Positions 30,045-40,089 of a stretch of 64,000 nt of DNA are shown here, piece after piece. The translations under genes were made by a program, and so were the position numbers. The notes under the pieces were generated by a model. It was not told the DNA's origin. It made no database searches and saw only the letters and a list, made by a program, of their open reading frames with translations. The DNA is from Candidatus Bathyarchaeota archaeon (GTDB lineage Archaea; Thermoproteota; Bathyarchaeia; Bathyarchaeales; Bathycorpusculaceae), in assembly GCA_963707955.1 (NCBI GenBank), contig OY970176.1, positions 928,001 to 992,000 on the forward strand, given 5' to 3'. Numbering within the stretch: position 1 is the stretch's first letter; every line of letters starts with the position of its first letter.

Positions 30045-30842
30045 ATGAGTGATGCAGAGAAAACCCGAGTGCGCAAAGAGTCTATCTGGAGTGGCACGGT
30101 TACGATAGGTCTGGTCAACGTGCCAGTTAGGTTGCAGACCATGATTTTTGACAAGAGCGTTACCTTCAAGTTCCTTCACAAGACGGATAATTCACCCCTG
30201 AAGTACGAGAAAATCTGCGTCAAAGAAGACAAAGTCGTGCCCTGGCAAGATGTCGTCAAAGGGTACGAGGTCAGAAAGGGCGAGTTCGTCGTATTCACCA
30301 ACGATGAGCTGAAGGCAGCCAGGCCTGAGTCTGACCAGAGGATTCGCATCGACAAGTTCATTGATTACTTTTCAATCGACCCTGTTTACTTTGACAGGTC
30401 ATACATCTTGACTCCTGACAAGAGCAACGATGCTTACAGCCTGCTTCTAACGGCTCTGGAGAAGATGGGCAAGGCGGGGGTTGGCAGAATAACGCTGAGG
30501 ACGAAGGAGTACCCAGTTCTGGTGCACCCTTACAAGGGCGTCCTGGTTTTGACTACTCTGCGTTACGCGTTTGAGGTTGCTGACCCTGGAAAACTGGAAG
30601 AGATCGGGAAACTTAGGGAACCTAAGAAAGAAGAGCTCGACTTGGCAAAGAAGATAGTCACTGACCTGTCAGGAGAATTTGACATAACCGAGTACAGAGA
30701 CACGTTCAAAGAGAAGATCGATGAATTGGTTCGGAAGAAGACGAAGGGTGAAACCATCACCGTTGAGAAGCCCGTGAAAGAGGAAGCCAAAGAACTGATG
30801 GTCGCTCTGCAAGAGACGCTTAAACAGCTGAAGAAGAAATGA
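30045..30842 (+). CDS. ku: Ku NHEJ DNA end-binding protein
   Basis: SIWSGTVTIGLVNVPVRL, VKGYE, IDPVYFDRSY, AYSLL, L..AL.ETL. Confidence 0.93.
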   Translation: MSDAEKTRVRKESIWSGTVTIGLVNVPVRLQTMIFDKSVTFKFLHKTDNSPLKYEKICVKEDKVVPWQDVVKGYEVRKGEFVVFTNDELKAARPESDQRIRIDKFIDYFSIDPVYFDRSYILTPDKSNDAYSLLLTALEKMGKAGVGRITLRTKEYPVLVHPYKGVLVLTTLRYAFEVADPGKLEEIGKLREPKKEELDLAKKIVTDLSGEFDITEYRDTFKEKIDELVRKKTKGETITVEKPVKEEAKELMVALQETLKQLKKK

Positions 30843-32233
30843 ACAGGCACTACAAGCCGATGCTTGCAAAGTCCGCAGAAGCCCCGTTTAACTCAAAGGA
30901 CTGGATCTTTGAGGTAAAATGGGATGGAATCAGAGCAATCAGCTACGTCAACGATGATCTGAGCATAAGGAGCCGGAATGACAAGGAATTAAGGTACAAC
31001 TTTCCCGAGTTGGAAGAGCTCAAAGATCTTGCAATGAACGCTGTGCTTGACGGCGAAATCGTCGTCATGAAAGAAGGCAGCACGGACTTTCAAACACTCA
31101 TAGAAAGGAGCAAGGTGAGCTCACCACGGGACATTAAGTACATGTCTCGCGAATTTCCAGCGACTTATGTTGTTTTCGACATACTCGAAAACTATGGCAA
31201 ACCTCTCATCGACCTTCCCTTAATCGAGAGAAAAAACATTCTCAAGGAGACGTTGAAAGAAGGAAAGCACGTTATCATATCGTTGTTCGTTGAGGAAGAA
31301 GGCGAGATTTACTATCAGGAAGCCCTCAAGAAAGGCGTGGAGGGGATAATGGCAAAGAAAAAGGACAGTCCTTACACGCTTGGAGTGCGGAGCGACAACT
31401 GGCTGAAGATAAAGAAGCTGCTGTCCTGCGATTGCGTGATTTTCGGGTACACTGCAGGAGAAGGAAACAGAGAAGAAACATTTGGAGCCCTGATCCTGGG
31501 ACTGTATGAAAGGGACAAACCAGCGTACGTTGGCAAGGTGGGAACGGGCTTCTCACGGACCAGCATGAAACATCTGATGGAACTCTTCCGAAGATTGGAG
31601 ACAAGGGAGAAGACGCTTGAAGGAGTCGATACTCCCGAAAAGATCATTTGGCTCAAACCGGAGCTTGTGTGCGAAATTATCTATCAGGCTGTGACGAAGG
31701 ATGACAGGCTGCGCATGCCCAGGTTCCGCGTTCTCAGACCTGACAAGTCTCCGCTCGAATGCACCTCAGACCAGATAAGGCAGAATAGCCTTAGGAAATA
31801 CACTTCGAAAAGAAACTTCACTATCACGCCTGAACCAAACGTAGGCACGAAGGCTACGGAAGGACAGGTCTTCGTTGTGCAGGAACATCATGCTAGAAGA
31901 TTACACTACGACCTTCGCTTGGAAAAGGAAGGCGTCCTCAAGAGCTGGGCGGTTCCAAAAGGCATTCCGGAGAAAGTTGGCGACAAGAGACTCGCTGTTC
32001 AGACGGAGGATCACCCGGTAGAATATGCCAACTTTGAGGGAACGATACCTGAGGGACAGTACGGAGCTGGGACGGTAAGGATATGGGACAAGGGAACCTT
32101 CGATGTGAAACTCTGGAAAGAGGACATGGTAGAGTTCACGTTGAAGGGAGACAGACTTCACGGAAGGTACGTTCTGACAAAGTTCAAGAAAGCAGGAGAC
32201 AATGATTGGCTTCTGCTGAAGGCGAGAGACTGA
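30839..32233 (+). CDS. ligD: NHEJ ATP-dependent ligase fused to a C-terminal 3'-phosphoesterase
   Basis: EVKWDGIR, LDGEIV, VFDIL, EGIMAK, WLKIK, LRMP; then KRNF..TPEP, FVVQEHHARRLHYDLRLE, SWAVPKG, EDHP.EY, YGAG.V.IWD.G. Confidence 0.92.
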   Translation: MNRHYKPMLAKSAEAPFNSKDWIFEVKWDGIRAISYVNDDLSIRSRNDKELRYNFPELEELKDLAMNAVLDGEIVVMKEGSTDFQTLIERSKVSSPRDIKYMSREFPATYVVFDILENYGKPLIDLPLIERKNILKETLKEGKHVIISLFVEEEGEIYYQEALKKGVEGIMAKKKDSPYTLGVRSDNWLKIKKLLSCDCVIFGYTAGEGNREETFGALILGLYERDKPAYVGKVGTGFSRTSMKHLMELFRRLETREKTLEGVDTPEKIIWLKPELVCEIIYQAVTKDDRLRMPRFRVLRPDKSPLECTSDQIRQNSLRKYTSKRNFTITPEPNVGTKATEGQVFVVQEHHARRLHYDLRLEKEGVLKSWAVPKGIPEKVGDKRLAVQTEDHPVEYANFEGTIPEGQYGAGTVRIWDKGTFDVKLWKEDMVEFTLKGDRLHGRYVLTKFKKAGDNDWLLLKARD

Positions 32234-32234
32234 C

Positions 32235-33005
32235 ATGAACATCGTTCACGTTGGAACCATGGGATGGAGCTACGGCTTCTGGGTTGGAGACTTCTACCCC
32301 AGAGGCCTCAGGCCGAGCGAGTTTTTGGCCGAGTACTCGAAGCATTTTGGAACGGTGGAAGTGAACAACACGTTCTACAGAGTTCCCAGCGAAAGCACTT
32401 TGTTGAAATGGAGGGAACAGACGCCCAAGGATTTTCTGTTCTCAGCGAAGTTCCCCCAAGTCATAACGCATAGGAAGATGCTGAAAGACTGTGAGCCTGA
32501 AACGCAGTTTTTCATCGAAAGAATCTCCGTGCTGCAAGAGAAGGTTGGGCCCCTGCTCATGCAGTTTCCACCTTTGTTTGGACCGAAAGAAGCCGCTCTT
32601 CTGGGAAATTTTCTAACTAGGCTACCGAGGAAATTCAGGTACGCCGTGGAAGTGAGAAACAAGAAATTGCTTGGCGACAAGCTCTACTCTCTTCTCAAAG
32701 AGAACGGAGTGGCACTCGCCATCAATCCTCTCATGCCGGAGACAGAGCAGATCACAGCTGACTTTGCGTACATAAGATGGGAAGGAGACAGGAGAAAAGT
32801 GAACGGCACACTCGGAAAGGCAGAGGTCGACAGGACGGACGACATCAAAAAGTGGGCGGCGAAGATCAGCAAATTCCTCGTCGAAACAGAGGAAGTGTTC
32901 GGATATTTCAGTAAATACTACTCGGGTCATCCTCCTACAGACGCAAGGCAACTCGTCGAATCGCTCGGTTTTGGTTTAGATAATTCTCGTGTGCACACAA
33001 ACTAG
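32235..33005 (+). CDS. DUF72 (YecE-like) TIM-barrel protein
   Basis: VGTMGWSY..W...FYP, VEVNNTFY, FSAKFP, LMQFPP, AVEVR. Confidence 0.9.
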   Translation: MNIVHVGTMGWSYGFWVGDFYPRGLRPSEFLAEYSKHFGTVEVNNTFYRVPSESTLLKWREQTPKDFLFSAKFPQVITHRKMLKDCEPETQFFIERISVLQEKVGPLLMQFPPLFGPKEAALLGNFLTRLPRKFRYAVEVRNKKLLGDKLYSLLKENGVALAINPLMPETEQITADFAYIRWEGDRRKVNGTLGKAEVDRTDDIKKWAAKISKFLVETEEVFGYFSKYYSGHPPTDARQLVESLGFGLDNSRVHTN

Positions 33006-33075
33006 AAGTGTTATGATTCTGGCGTGCACGCTTGCTGTCTCCTTGTGCGTTTGGGTTCGCGCGCGCCAACTTCTT

Positions 33076-33282
33076 TTATTGTTTTCTTTGCCTTCCAACC
33101 GTTCTCAAGATTAGGTTAGCGACTAATGCCACTAATACATCAGCTATGATCCATTCTCCAAAGGAAAAAACACCTAAAATCCCTAGAATCATAAACAGCA
33201 GCAAAAACGCTATAGCGATTGCGCCAACAGCGAACTTTGTCTTGCGCACTCCACGAGATCCAGAACCGCTTAATGTACTCAC
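33076..33282 (-). CDS. small two-TM membrane protein
   Basis: 68-aa hydrophobic ORF. Confidence 0.55.
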   Translation of the reverse strand: MSTLSGSGSRGVRKTKFAVGAIAIAFLLLFMILGILGVFSFGEWIIADVLVALVANLILRTVGRQRKQ

Positions 33283-33366
33283 ATGAATTACCCTTTTTCG
33301 CCATACGATTAATAGCCTATAATCATTCTTTTCATAGAGGAATGCCCTTAAGCTTTAGCGTTTTGA

Positions 33367-33435
33367 GTTTGGGGATAAAACTTTACCCCCAACCCAACCC
33401 AAATGAACGAAGGACACAGAAACCCACGGTCAAGC
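33367..33435 (+). repeat. degenerate short dispersed repeat, copy 1
   Basis: Blocks GTTTGGGGATAAAACTTT / AATGAAC / AAACCCACG shared with the reverse complement of 41424-41464. Confidence 0.5.
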
Positions 33436-33482
33436 TCACGTTCTCCTAAAAGTTTATTCGCTGGATTGGCCAGTAGTGTAAG

Positions 33483-33965
33483 GTGAGGGATATGAGAAAG
33501 AAGGCTGTTGTTTTGGTGACTGCCTGCGTCATAATAGCAGTCGCGGCCTTTTTCGCGTTCTACGCGTTCACCCCAACCCCACCGCAGCGGATAACAACGT
33601 TGGATGAAATCACAAGCGACCCTTCCGCGTGGGTGAACAGAACAGTAACAGTTGAAGGTGCCCTTAGCGGTCCATATCCACCTTTATCTGACCCGTTCGA
33701 ACCTTCGGTGAACTTTCTCTTTGAACTCAGTTCTGGCAATCAAACCGTCGGAATATCTTTGAACGCCAACCTGTGGAATGGCGGCGATTTCTGGAAACAA
33801 TGTAACTATGACCATGTGCAGACCTTCTCCGCGATGATTTACGGATTATTCAAAAAAGGTGAAACAAACTTCACGCTCGGTAGTCTTGAAGGAGGACCGC
33901 CAACAATCACAACCTTGGTCTTCTACTACATTGAGGCTCAAAGAATCCTTATAGAAAAAGAGTAG
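33483..33965 (+). CDS. membrane-anchored hypothetical protein (OB-fold-like)
   Basis: N-terminal TM helix; ITSDPSAWVNRTVTVEG motif. Confidence 0.7.
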   Translation: MRDMRKKAVVLVTACVIIAVAAFFAFYAFTPTPPQRITTLDEITSDPSAWVNRTVTVEGALSGPYPPLSDPFEPSVNFLFELSSGNQTVGISLNANLWNGGDFWKQCNYDHVQTFSAMIYGLFKKGETNFTLGSLEGGPPTITTLVFYYIEAQRILIEKE

Positions 33966-34203
33966 CAAGCGCGCTATTTTATTATTCAGTTACTGCAAAA
34001 TGGAGCTCGGCGGAGTTTATCCATCTTTCAAAAAATGGAAAATTAAATTGCTAATCTCTACATATCATTTAGGTATACGTTGCATGTAGCCTTGGCGGTT
34101 TAAATCATTAACCAAAAAAACCTGAGGAAAGCTAGGAACGCTACAATACGTCTAGGCAAAAGCCCAAAAAAAGGGAAACTTCTGTACGGAGTCTTTCTGA
34201 CTC

Positions 34204-35589
34204 TTAGGTATAAGTTGCATTATAGAATTTCAATATCGTTCCAATTGCTAGTTGTACGCCGCTCCAGATAAACCACATCGTAAATGAAGTAGCATTTTGT
34301 GGAATTTGTATCAATCCATGAGCGTCAGCATTTACCCACACACCGTTATTGAAGTTCGCAGCAAAGTATCCAGGTTGACCGAACCAAAGTATCGTACTGT
34401 TGTATGGTGTATATGTAGCTGAAATACCGAAGTTTGCAACTGCCGTATTGACATCCGCCATAGTAATAGCCCTGCTAGTAGTAACATCGTATATGTAACT
34501 CCAGTTAGAGGAGCTGGACTCGGTAGTTCCAAACGCATTCTCCAAAGCAACTATGTCTCCCATATTGATGGCGCCATCCGGATAGTTACTTATTCCATCA
34601 TACGTTCCTGAACCCACTACGTCTCCGTCCAAATCAATTTGTAGACAGGGAAATGTTGAATTCCATGGATATATGTCTTCCACTTTGAAATATGGTTCAA
34701 TTGTTCCATTTGGAACATAGCACCATCCTGAAGAACCTCCATATTCAGCGCATGCCTGCGTCTTCATAATAAAGTCCTGAGTAATGTATCTCCACGTCCA
34801 TGCAATGTAAGCTTCAAAATATGCGCCGTATCCGAGACTGTACGTAGCCGCCACATTGAAGTATCCTTCTGGTCGAGTCATTTCCGTTGTAAACATGTTA
34901 TTCCAACCTTCCCAATTGACATCATCATCTGTTTCATACATGCTCGTGTGGTCAATTAGATGTGTGCCTTGGTAACCAGTGAATGGATGGTATGAGTCAT
35001 TCACTTCAAATTCGCTAATTGCTGCACCACTAGAAAGATTGTATTGTTCGGCACCTACATTAGTAGGTTTACCATTGATATAATATGTCCAATATGAATA
35101 GTCTCCTTGTCGTGACGTTCTTAAAACCTCTAAACTGTAGCTTGTATTGAATGGAACAGGGCCTGTAACATAAGTGATAGGGCTAGTGTTATTCCAATTC
35201 AGCCACGTCTCATAAATTTGAGCATACCCACCAGTAGCGTTGTAAGCCATTCCTATCTCAACATAGTATGTCGCATTCTCTAAAGAGCTGTAGTCAATTA
35301 TTCCAACCCCTGACCAAAAGTCTCCATCCGAGTTAACCACTCTGTATATTGGCCCATATAATTGTTCTGCGTTTTCAACTCCTATGTGAGTGGTGATCGT
35401 AGAACTCCAATTTCCCCATCCATCAGGTAGAAAACCAATATTAGCATATGATGGAGCAAAAGATGAAAATAAAGGACCTGATTGAACCAATGTTAGTGGT
35501 TGAGCATTAGCAGCCTTGGGGAATATTGATATCGTTGTAAGGGCACTAAAGACAAGAGGAACTAGTATTAACAACATTCTAATTTTCAT
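34204..35589 (-). CDS. secreted protein with a ConA/neprosin-like domain and a dockerin-like region
   Basis: GGAGGTGA RBS; signal peptide; PDGAINMGDI...AFG...DVT..RAITMADV dockerin-like repeats; visibly AT-richer than its flanks. Confidence 0.75.
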   Translation of the reverse strand: MKIRMLLILVPLVFSALTTISIFPKAANAQPLTLVQSGPLFSSFAPSYANIGFLPDGWGNWSSTITTHIGVENAEQLYGPIYRVVNSDGDFWSGVGIIDYSSLENATYYVEIGMAYNATGGYAQIYETWLNWNNTSPITYVTGPVPFNTSYSLEVLRTSRQGDYSYWTYYINGKPTNVGAEQYNLSSGAAISEFEVNDSYHPFTGYQGTHLIDHTSMYETDDDVNWEGWNNMFTTEMTRPEGYFNVAATYSLGYGAYFEAYIAWTWRYITQDFIMKTQACAEYGGSSGWCYVPNGTIEPYFKVEDIYPWNSTFPCLQIDLDGDVVGSGTYDGISNYPDGAINMGDIVALENAFGTTESSSSNWSYIYDVTTSRAITMADVNTAVANFGISATYTPYNSTILWFGQPGYFAANFNNGVWVNADAHGLIQIPQNATSFTMWFIWSGVQLAIGTILKFYNATYT

Positions 35590-35652
35590 TTCCTCACCTC
35601 CTTTTAAACATTTAGAGATTTTCTGTTTGGAGTTTGGCACATAAATGGGGCA

Positions 35653-35776
35653 GGAAATGTTTCCGAAAAATAGAGATGAGTTAAAATGAAGGCGTCAATG
35701 GGATCATTTTAACTTGACTCTCTATTCGTCCGCTGGTAAGTTTCATGGCAGATCTTATAAAGCGAGAAACGTTTCC
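35653..35776. promoter_or_regulatory. two palindromic GAAAYGTTTCC sites, putative operators
   Basis: GGAAATGTTTCC at 35653-35664 and GAAACGTTTCC at 35766-35776, the latter just after TATA-like TTATAAA. Confidence 0.5.
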
Positions 35777-35798
35777 GCTGTTAGTGAGGTTTTGAAAC

Positions 35799-36089
35799 AT
35801 GAAGCTTGAGCAGATAATCGCCTCTTCGTGCAGACAGAGGATGCTGCTCGCACTTGCCAAAGTTAGAAGAACACACGTGACCGAGCTGGTGCGAATGATC
35901 AATAGCACGTACAACGAGGTGAATCGGAACCTCGCGATCCTGGAGAAAGAGAAAATCATAAAGACGGAAAGGTTAGAGTACTTGAGAATCGTGGAATTGA
36001 ACGTAGAAAACCCGAAGACACTGGCACTCTTAAAGGCCCTTGAACTGCTCGACAGGCCGATTTTCAAGTCTGAAAACGCCAACGAGTAG
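35799..36089 (+). CDS. small winged-HTH transcriptional regulator
   Basis: RQRMLLAL...HVTELVRMINSTYNEVNRNLAILEKEKII. Confidence 0.8.
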   Translation: MKLEQIIASSCRQRMLLALAKVRRTHVTELVRMINSTYNEVNRNLAILEKEKIIKTERLEYLRIVELNVENPKTLALLKALELLDRPIFKSENANE

Positions 36090-36117
36090 CGCGCGCGGGT
36101 CTGTTCCGGTTGTGAAT

Positions 36118-37365
36118 TCATACATTAATGTTTATGGTGTATATGCACGCAACCCAGATGCCGCTTGGATGCGGCATCGTGGGGGAAATTATTACGCTAG
36201 AAGTGTCGGCTTCTAAGCGTCTTGGTGTTGTTACTTGGTATTCTCCGTCCAATCTTACCGTTACCGTCGTTTCGTTGAGAACGATGTGAAAGGTGTTCCA
36301 TTGGAATGGTGTCAACTGTGTTCTAACGGACGACACGTACCTTAGGTACTGGCCGTCTATTTTTTGCGATAATTCCAGAACTCCGTCGGTATGAAAAACG
36401 ACGTAGTAGTAGTTGCTTTCGTTCGTGTAATCGAAGACTATCCACGGTACATCCCAACTATACGTTCCTGCTATGATGGTTCTGATGTGCACGTCGAAGC
36501 TGAAGTCCCTGGAGGCGACAGCCATTTGTGTGCTAATTCTTCCTGTTTGAAACATGACCAGTATTAAGAGCAGCGCCACGCCTACGACTATCACTTCTTT
36601 CTTTCTGATTAAATGAAACGAATCCACACGTTTCTCACTGCGGGCTTTCAACAAGGGTCTCGCAATGTAGAGATCGATTGCTAACGCAGGTATTATCCAG
36701 AAAGGAATGAATATTTTATTTATCTGAATTGGGAACTCAAATAAGTAGTTCAACACGAACGACCCCATGAGTGATGCAACGAAAATCAAGAAAATAATCG
36801 TGGTCAACGATTTCTTAATCCCTAAAAATGATGAAACACTTTTTCCAGAATCGTTCCTTTTCCCAAGTCCAGCGAGAAGCTCTCCAGCAAAAGAGAAGAG
36901 GACAATGGCTAGTATGGCTAACAGTGCCGTCGCATTGAAGAGTCTCAGCGAACCGTATCCTAAAATGAAAATTAACACATACCTTGTTACGTGATGCATG
37001 GCATCAAAGGGGGCTTTCCCACTGCAAATGGGATAGATGGAGTAAACTATCAGAATCAAAACCCCAATGACTATTTCAAAAGGTGTAAGTACTATGAGAA
37101 GAGGAATCAACGATCCTAAAGCTATCGTTGAGTAGACTCTTCTTTTCTTTGAAGCATCCCTGTTTTCTGCGAACATCATTGAAAAAAGTTTCGACACCAC
37201 GACAAATACGAATACGAGAGGGCTTATCGCGAGTCTTGTCGAAATCAGGTATCCAAAGAGCACGGTCCAAAACACGTGTACGATTGATGACATGTAGGAG
37301 GAGAGCATCGTCCAAGGACTGAGTGAACGTGGTATGTCCACCTGGGATCTCTCCTCGCTTTTCAT
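36118..37365 (-). CDS. multi-pass membrane protein (UbiA-like fold possible) with a C-terminal beta domain
   Basis: About 9 TM segments; VYSIYP...KAPFD..HH; C-terminal LamG-like YYYV...WNTFHIV..VRLDG; GAGGTGA RBS. Confidence 0.65.
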   Translation of the reverse strand: MKSEERSQVDIPRSLSPWTMLSSYMSSIVHVFWTVLFGYLISTRLAISPLVFVFVVVSKLFSMMFAENRDASKKRRVYSTIALGSLIPLLIVLTPFEIVIGVLILIVYSIYPICSGKAPFDAMHHVTRYVLIFILGYGSLRLFNATALLAILAIVLFSFAGELLAGLGKRNDSGKSVSSFLGIKKSLTTIIFLIFVASLMGSFVLNYLFEFPIQINKIFIPFWIIPALAIDLYIARPLLKARSEKRVDSFHLIRKKEVIVVGVALLLILVMFQTGRISTQMAVASRDFSFDVHIRTIIAGTYSWDVPWIVFDYTNESNYYYVVFHTDGVLELSQKIDGQYLRYVSSVRTQLTPFQWNTFHIVLNETTVTVRLDGEYQVTTPRRLEADTSSVIISPTMPHPSGIWVACIYTININV

Positions 37366-37489
37366 CGTTTCACCTCACTCACTGCGGCTTTAGGAAGTTC
37401 TTCCATTCCTATTTTCCCTTGACAAACTATTGAATGTGACGCACGAACAGCATTTAACCTTGTCTAGAATACGCGCGCGTAAGGACTGA

Positions 37490-37942
37490 TTAGAACCGCT
37501 TTGGTTTTTCTCTGGTGTAGATTTCTATCACGTAGTTATCCGGGTCAGAGAATGACACAGCATAGTATCCTGGCTCGAATTCAGGATGCTCTTCGCATGG
37601 GAACAGGGCTTTGAACCCTTTCTTCTTCATCTCTTTCTCGACATCATAAACAGCTTCCTTGTCCTGAACGAGGATCGCCAAATGATCGGTCACGACGAAC
37701 TCTTCCCCAGTCGGAGCCTTTCGCCTAACCCTTGGTTCCCGCAACGCACTCACCCAAACCGAGAAATTCTGGTTAGAGAATCCAAACCCATCTTCAGTGT
37801 CCATGATAACCTTGAAGCCTAGCCCTGCCAGCAGAGCCTTGTAAAACTTCTTCGAACTGCCCAGGTTCGACACTTCGATTCCAACATGACCAACAACCGC
37901 TTGAGTTTGCTTATCTGAAGCCACAGCGTCACCCCACGACAC
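37490..37942 (-). CDS. VOC/glyoxalase family protein
   Basis: GHVGIEVSNL..SKKFY, DHLA, GYYAVSFSDPD..VIE. Confidence 0.88.
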   Translation of the reverse strand: MSWGDAVASDKQTQAVVGHVGIEVSNLGSSKKFYKALLAGLGFKVIMDTEDGFGFSNQNFSVWVSALREPRVRRKAPTGEEFVVTDHLAILVQDKEAVYDVEKEMKKKGFKALFPCEEHPEFEPGYYAVSFSDPDNYVIEIYTREKPKRF

Positions 37943-38036
37943 TCATCGATGCGCCTTCTAGACATAAATAACTTTCACGCCGATGAAGCTCCTATCTGAC
38001 TATTGCATCAAGCGTGCGACTCAAGCAGCATTGAAT

Positions 38037-38978
38037 TCAGGATCTCGGTCGGTCTCTAAGTTGTAGATATGTGTCGAAGAATTCTTCGCTTCCTTGTCGT
38101 ACGAGCTTTCTAAGCGTTTCTCTACCGAGGCGGCTCTCGATCTCTTGAGCCATATGGCAGCCTGTGACGTACCAAAGCCGCGTTTCTTTTCCACTCATTT
38201 CCTCGAAGATTTGAAAGCGAGAATCGTTAACCCCGTTCAAATCGCTTTCAAGCTCATCAAGCAGCCTGAAGTAATGGCTAACTCTTTTTGCTCTCTCCGC
38301 ATTATTCAAGAGAACCCGGTAGTCGTTGTCGAGCAAGCCGCCCTCCCGAATTCTCAGCCTCAAGGCGCTGACGACACCCATTCCTTCAAGATGCGTCAGA
38401 AATTTGACAACGCTCAACAGTTCTGCATTCGTTCTCACTTTCCAAAGCTCCGGCAGCCGATGGTACCTCAAGTAACCGGCATGAGCAAGCTCGTGTATTA
38501 AGTAATAAATCGCTTCACGCTTATCCAAACTGAACTGTCTAAAGTTCAGGTTTAGGGCAACGTTCTCGCCAAAAACGATGTTGTCGTACCCCATGTTGAG
38601 ATAGACGGTCGTGTTGAAAAAATGGCTTCTCGGAAGATACCTCAGAACTTCGCTAAGCCATTTCGTTTCTTCCTGGTTCAGCAGGTGCTCTTTGACAGCG
38701 TTAATATCGGATTCAAGCTCTGCATTCCAAGAGACTTTCGACAGTTGTGCCGACCAAAACTCCTCAATAGTCACTTCAGTGTCAAAGGAAGACCACGAGT
38801 GATGAGCGTACGCAAGCCTGTTTCTAGGCTTAGAAGCAAGCATTCTGAGGTTTTCGCCAGTTGGCTTTCGCAGATAATTGAAAGAAGCCTCTAAACCTGA
38901 ATCGTCGAACGTTACGACCTGCTTCTTGTCTGAAGTGTCAATTGAGTTCAACGGTGTTTCCTGATATTGAATTATCAT
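38037..38978 (-). CDS. putative Zn-dependent metalloprotease-like protein
   Basis: HELAH zincin motif with a downstream EG and WY.TG. Confidence 0.7.
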   Translation of the reverse strand: MIIQYQETPLNSIDTSDKKQVVTFDDSGLEASFNYLRKPTGENLRMLASKPRNRLAYAHHSWSSFDTEVTIEEFWSAQLSKVSWNAELESDINAVKEHLLNQEETKWLSEVLRYLPRSHFFNTTVYLNMGYDNIVFGENVALNLNFRQFSLDKREAIYYLIHELAHAGYLRYHRLPELWKVRTNAELLSVVKFLTHLEGMGVVSALRLRIREGGLLDNDYRVLLNNAERAKRVSHYFRLLDELESDLNGVNDSRFQIFEEMSGKETRLWYVTGCHMAQEIESRLGRETLRKLVRQGSEEFFDTYLQLRDRPRS

Positions 38979-39410
38979 TTTTCAACTTTATCAGTGTACT
39001 GTCGTGAAGCAAACCATATCGCCCACGTTCACACGCGAGCTTTTCCTATTCACGGGGTCTGATCGGTAAAAAGTCTTAAAACTTTGACTGTCCAATATTA
39101 AGAATGACAAGTGTTGCATAGTGGAGATTTGTGTATGCCTTCATTGAAAAAGAAGAATGTTCAAAAAAAGAAAAAACACGCAGACAAGATTGGCAAATAG
39201 TGGATTTCACGTTTGCTTCCTATCCTAGTCTTCGTCGTTCATATGCTATGTCGTTGACGAGGGTTACCTATTCAGAAAAAGAGTCGTTCAGGCGTCAACG
39301 GCAAATCGCTGTCTGCGAGATTCTCCTTTTCAGATTCCGCCGCACAGGATATATCAAAGACAAGACAACTGTTTGACTAATCCGCACGAATTACTATGGG
39401 GGCTGGGTGC

Positions 39411-39767
39411 ATGGAGACCTTAACGATGATTATTAGCAGTTCTCCTTACGGAGACGAAAGAATCTGGAACGCCCTGAGGCTGGCGGAAGCGTTGTGTTGC
39501 ATCGGTGCAAAAATGAAGATCAACATTTTCCTGATCGGCGACGCCGTAAACGCTGCTAAAAAGGGACAGAAACCCCCTAAAGGCTTCTATAACATCGAGA
39601 AAATGCTCACGGACCTTGTCAAGGCAGGCGTGAACGCCCGCGTTTGCCACACAAGCATGAACTTGAGGGGGTTAACGCAGCAAGACTTGGTCAAAGGAAC
39701 AAAAATGGGCACAATCACAGAGCTGTCCAAGTGGATACAGCAATCACAAAAAGTCATATCCTTCTAG
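39411..39767 (+). CDS. DsrE/DsrF-like protein
   Basis: PYGDERIWNALRLA, IFLIGDAV..AKKGQ.P, VC...RG. Confidence 0.85.
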   Translation: METLTMIISSSPYGDERIWNALRLAEALCCIGAKMKINIFLIGDAVNAAKKGQKPPKGFYNIEKMLTDLVKAGVNARVCHTSMNLRGLTQQDLVKGTKMGTITELSKWIQQSQKVISF

Positions 39768-40089
39768 GTTACTAGTCTGGCCCGTGGTTTTGGGGCCCAG
39801 TTCTTTCCTAGACAAATGTGGACACCCAATGAACGAAGAAACCTAGTTTCGCCTTTCTGGCCTAACCAAAAAGAGGAAGTCAAATTAGCCTAGGAAGAAT
39901 GATAGAAGACTGCTCTGATTAGAAGTGATTGAGTTAGGTTTTTATCACTGAATGTTAAATGTGATCTTGACGCTCCTCAGGGGGGCGGTTTAGATGAAAT
40001 CCTCCTAGCACGCGACTTTGCTTGAAACCTGCGAGAACCTTAGGAAACATCATTTTGAGAATTATGAGACTTGATGGAGGTGAGGTTTA

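Noticed and set aside
39131-39376. 81-aa ORF upstream of dsrE, and likewise 40660..40857
   Set aside because: No recognisable motif or RBS and atypical composition; probably non-coding.
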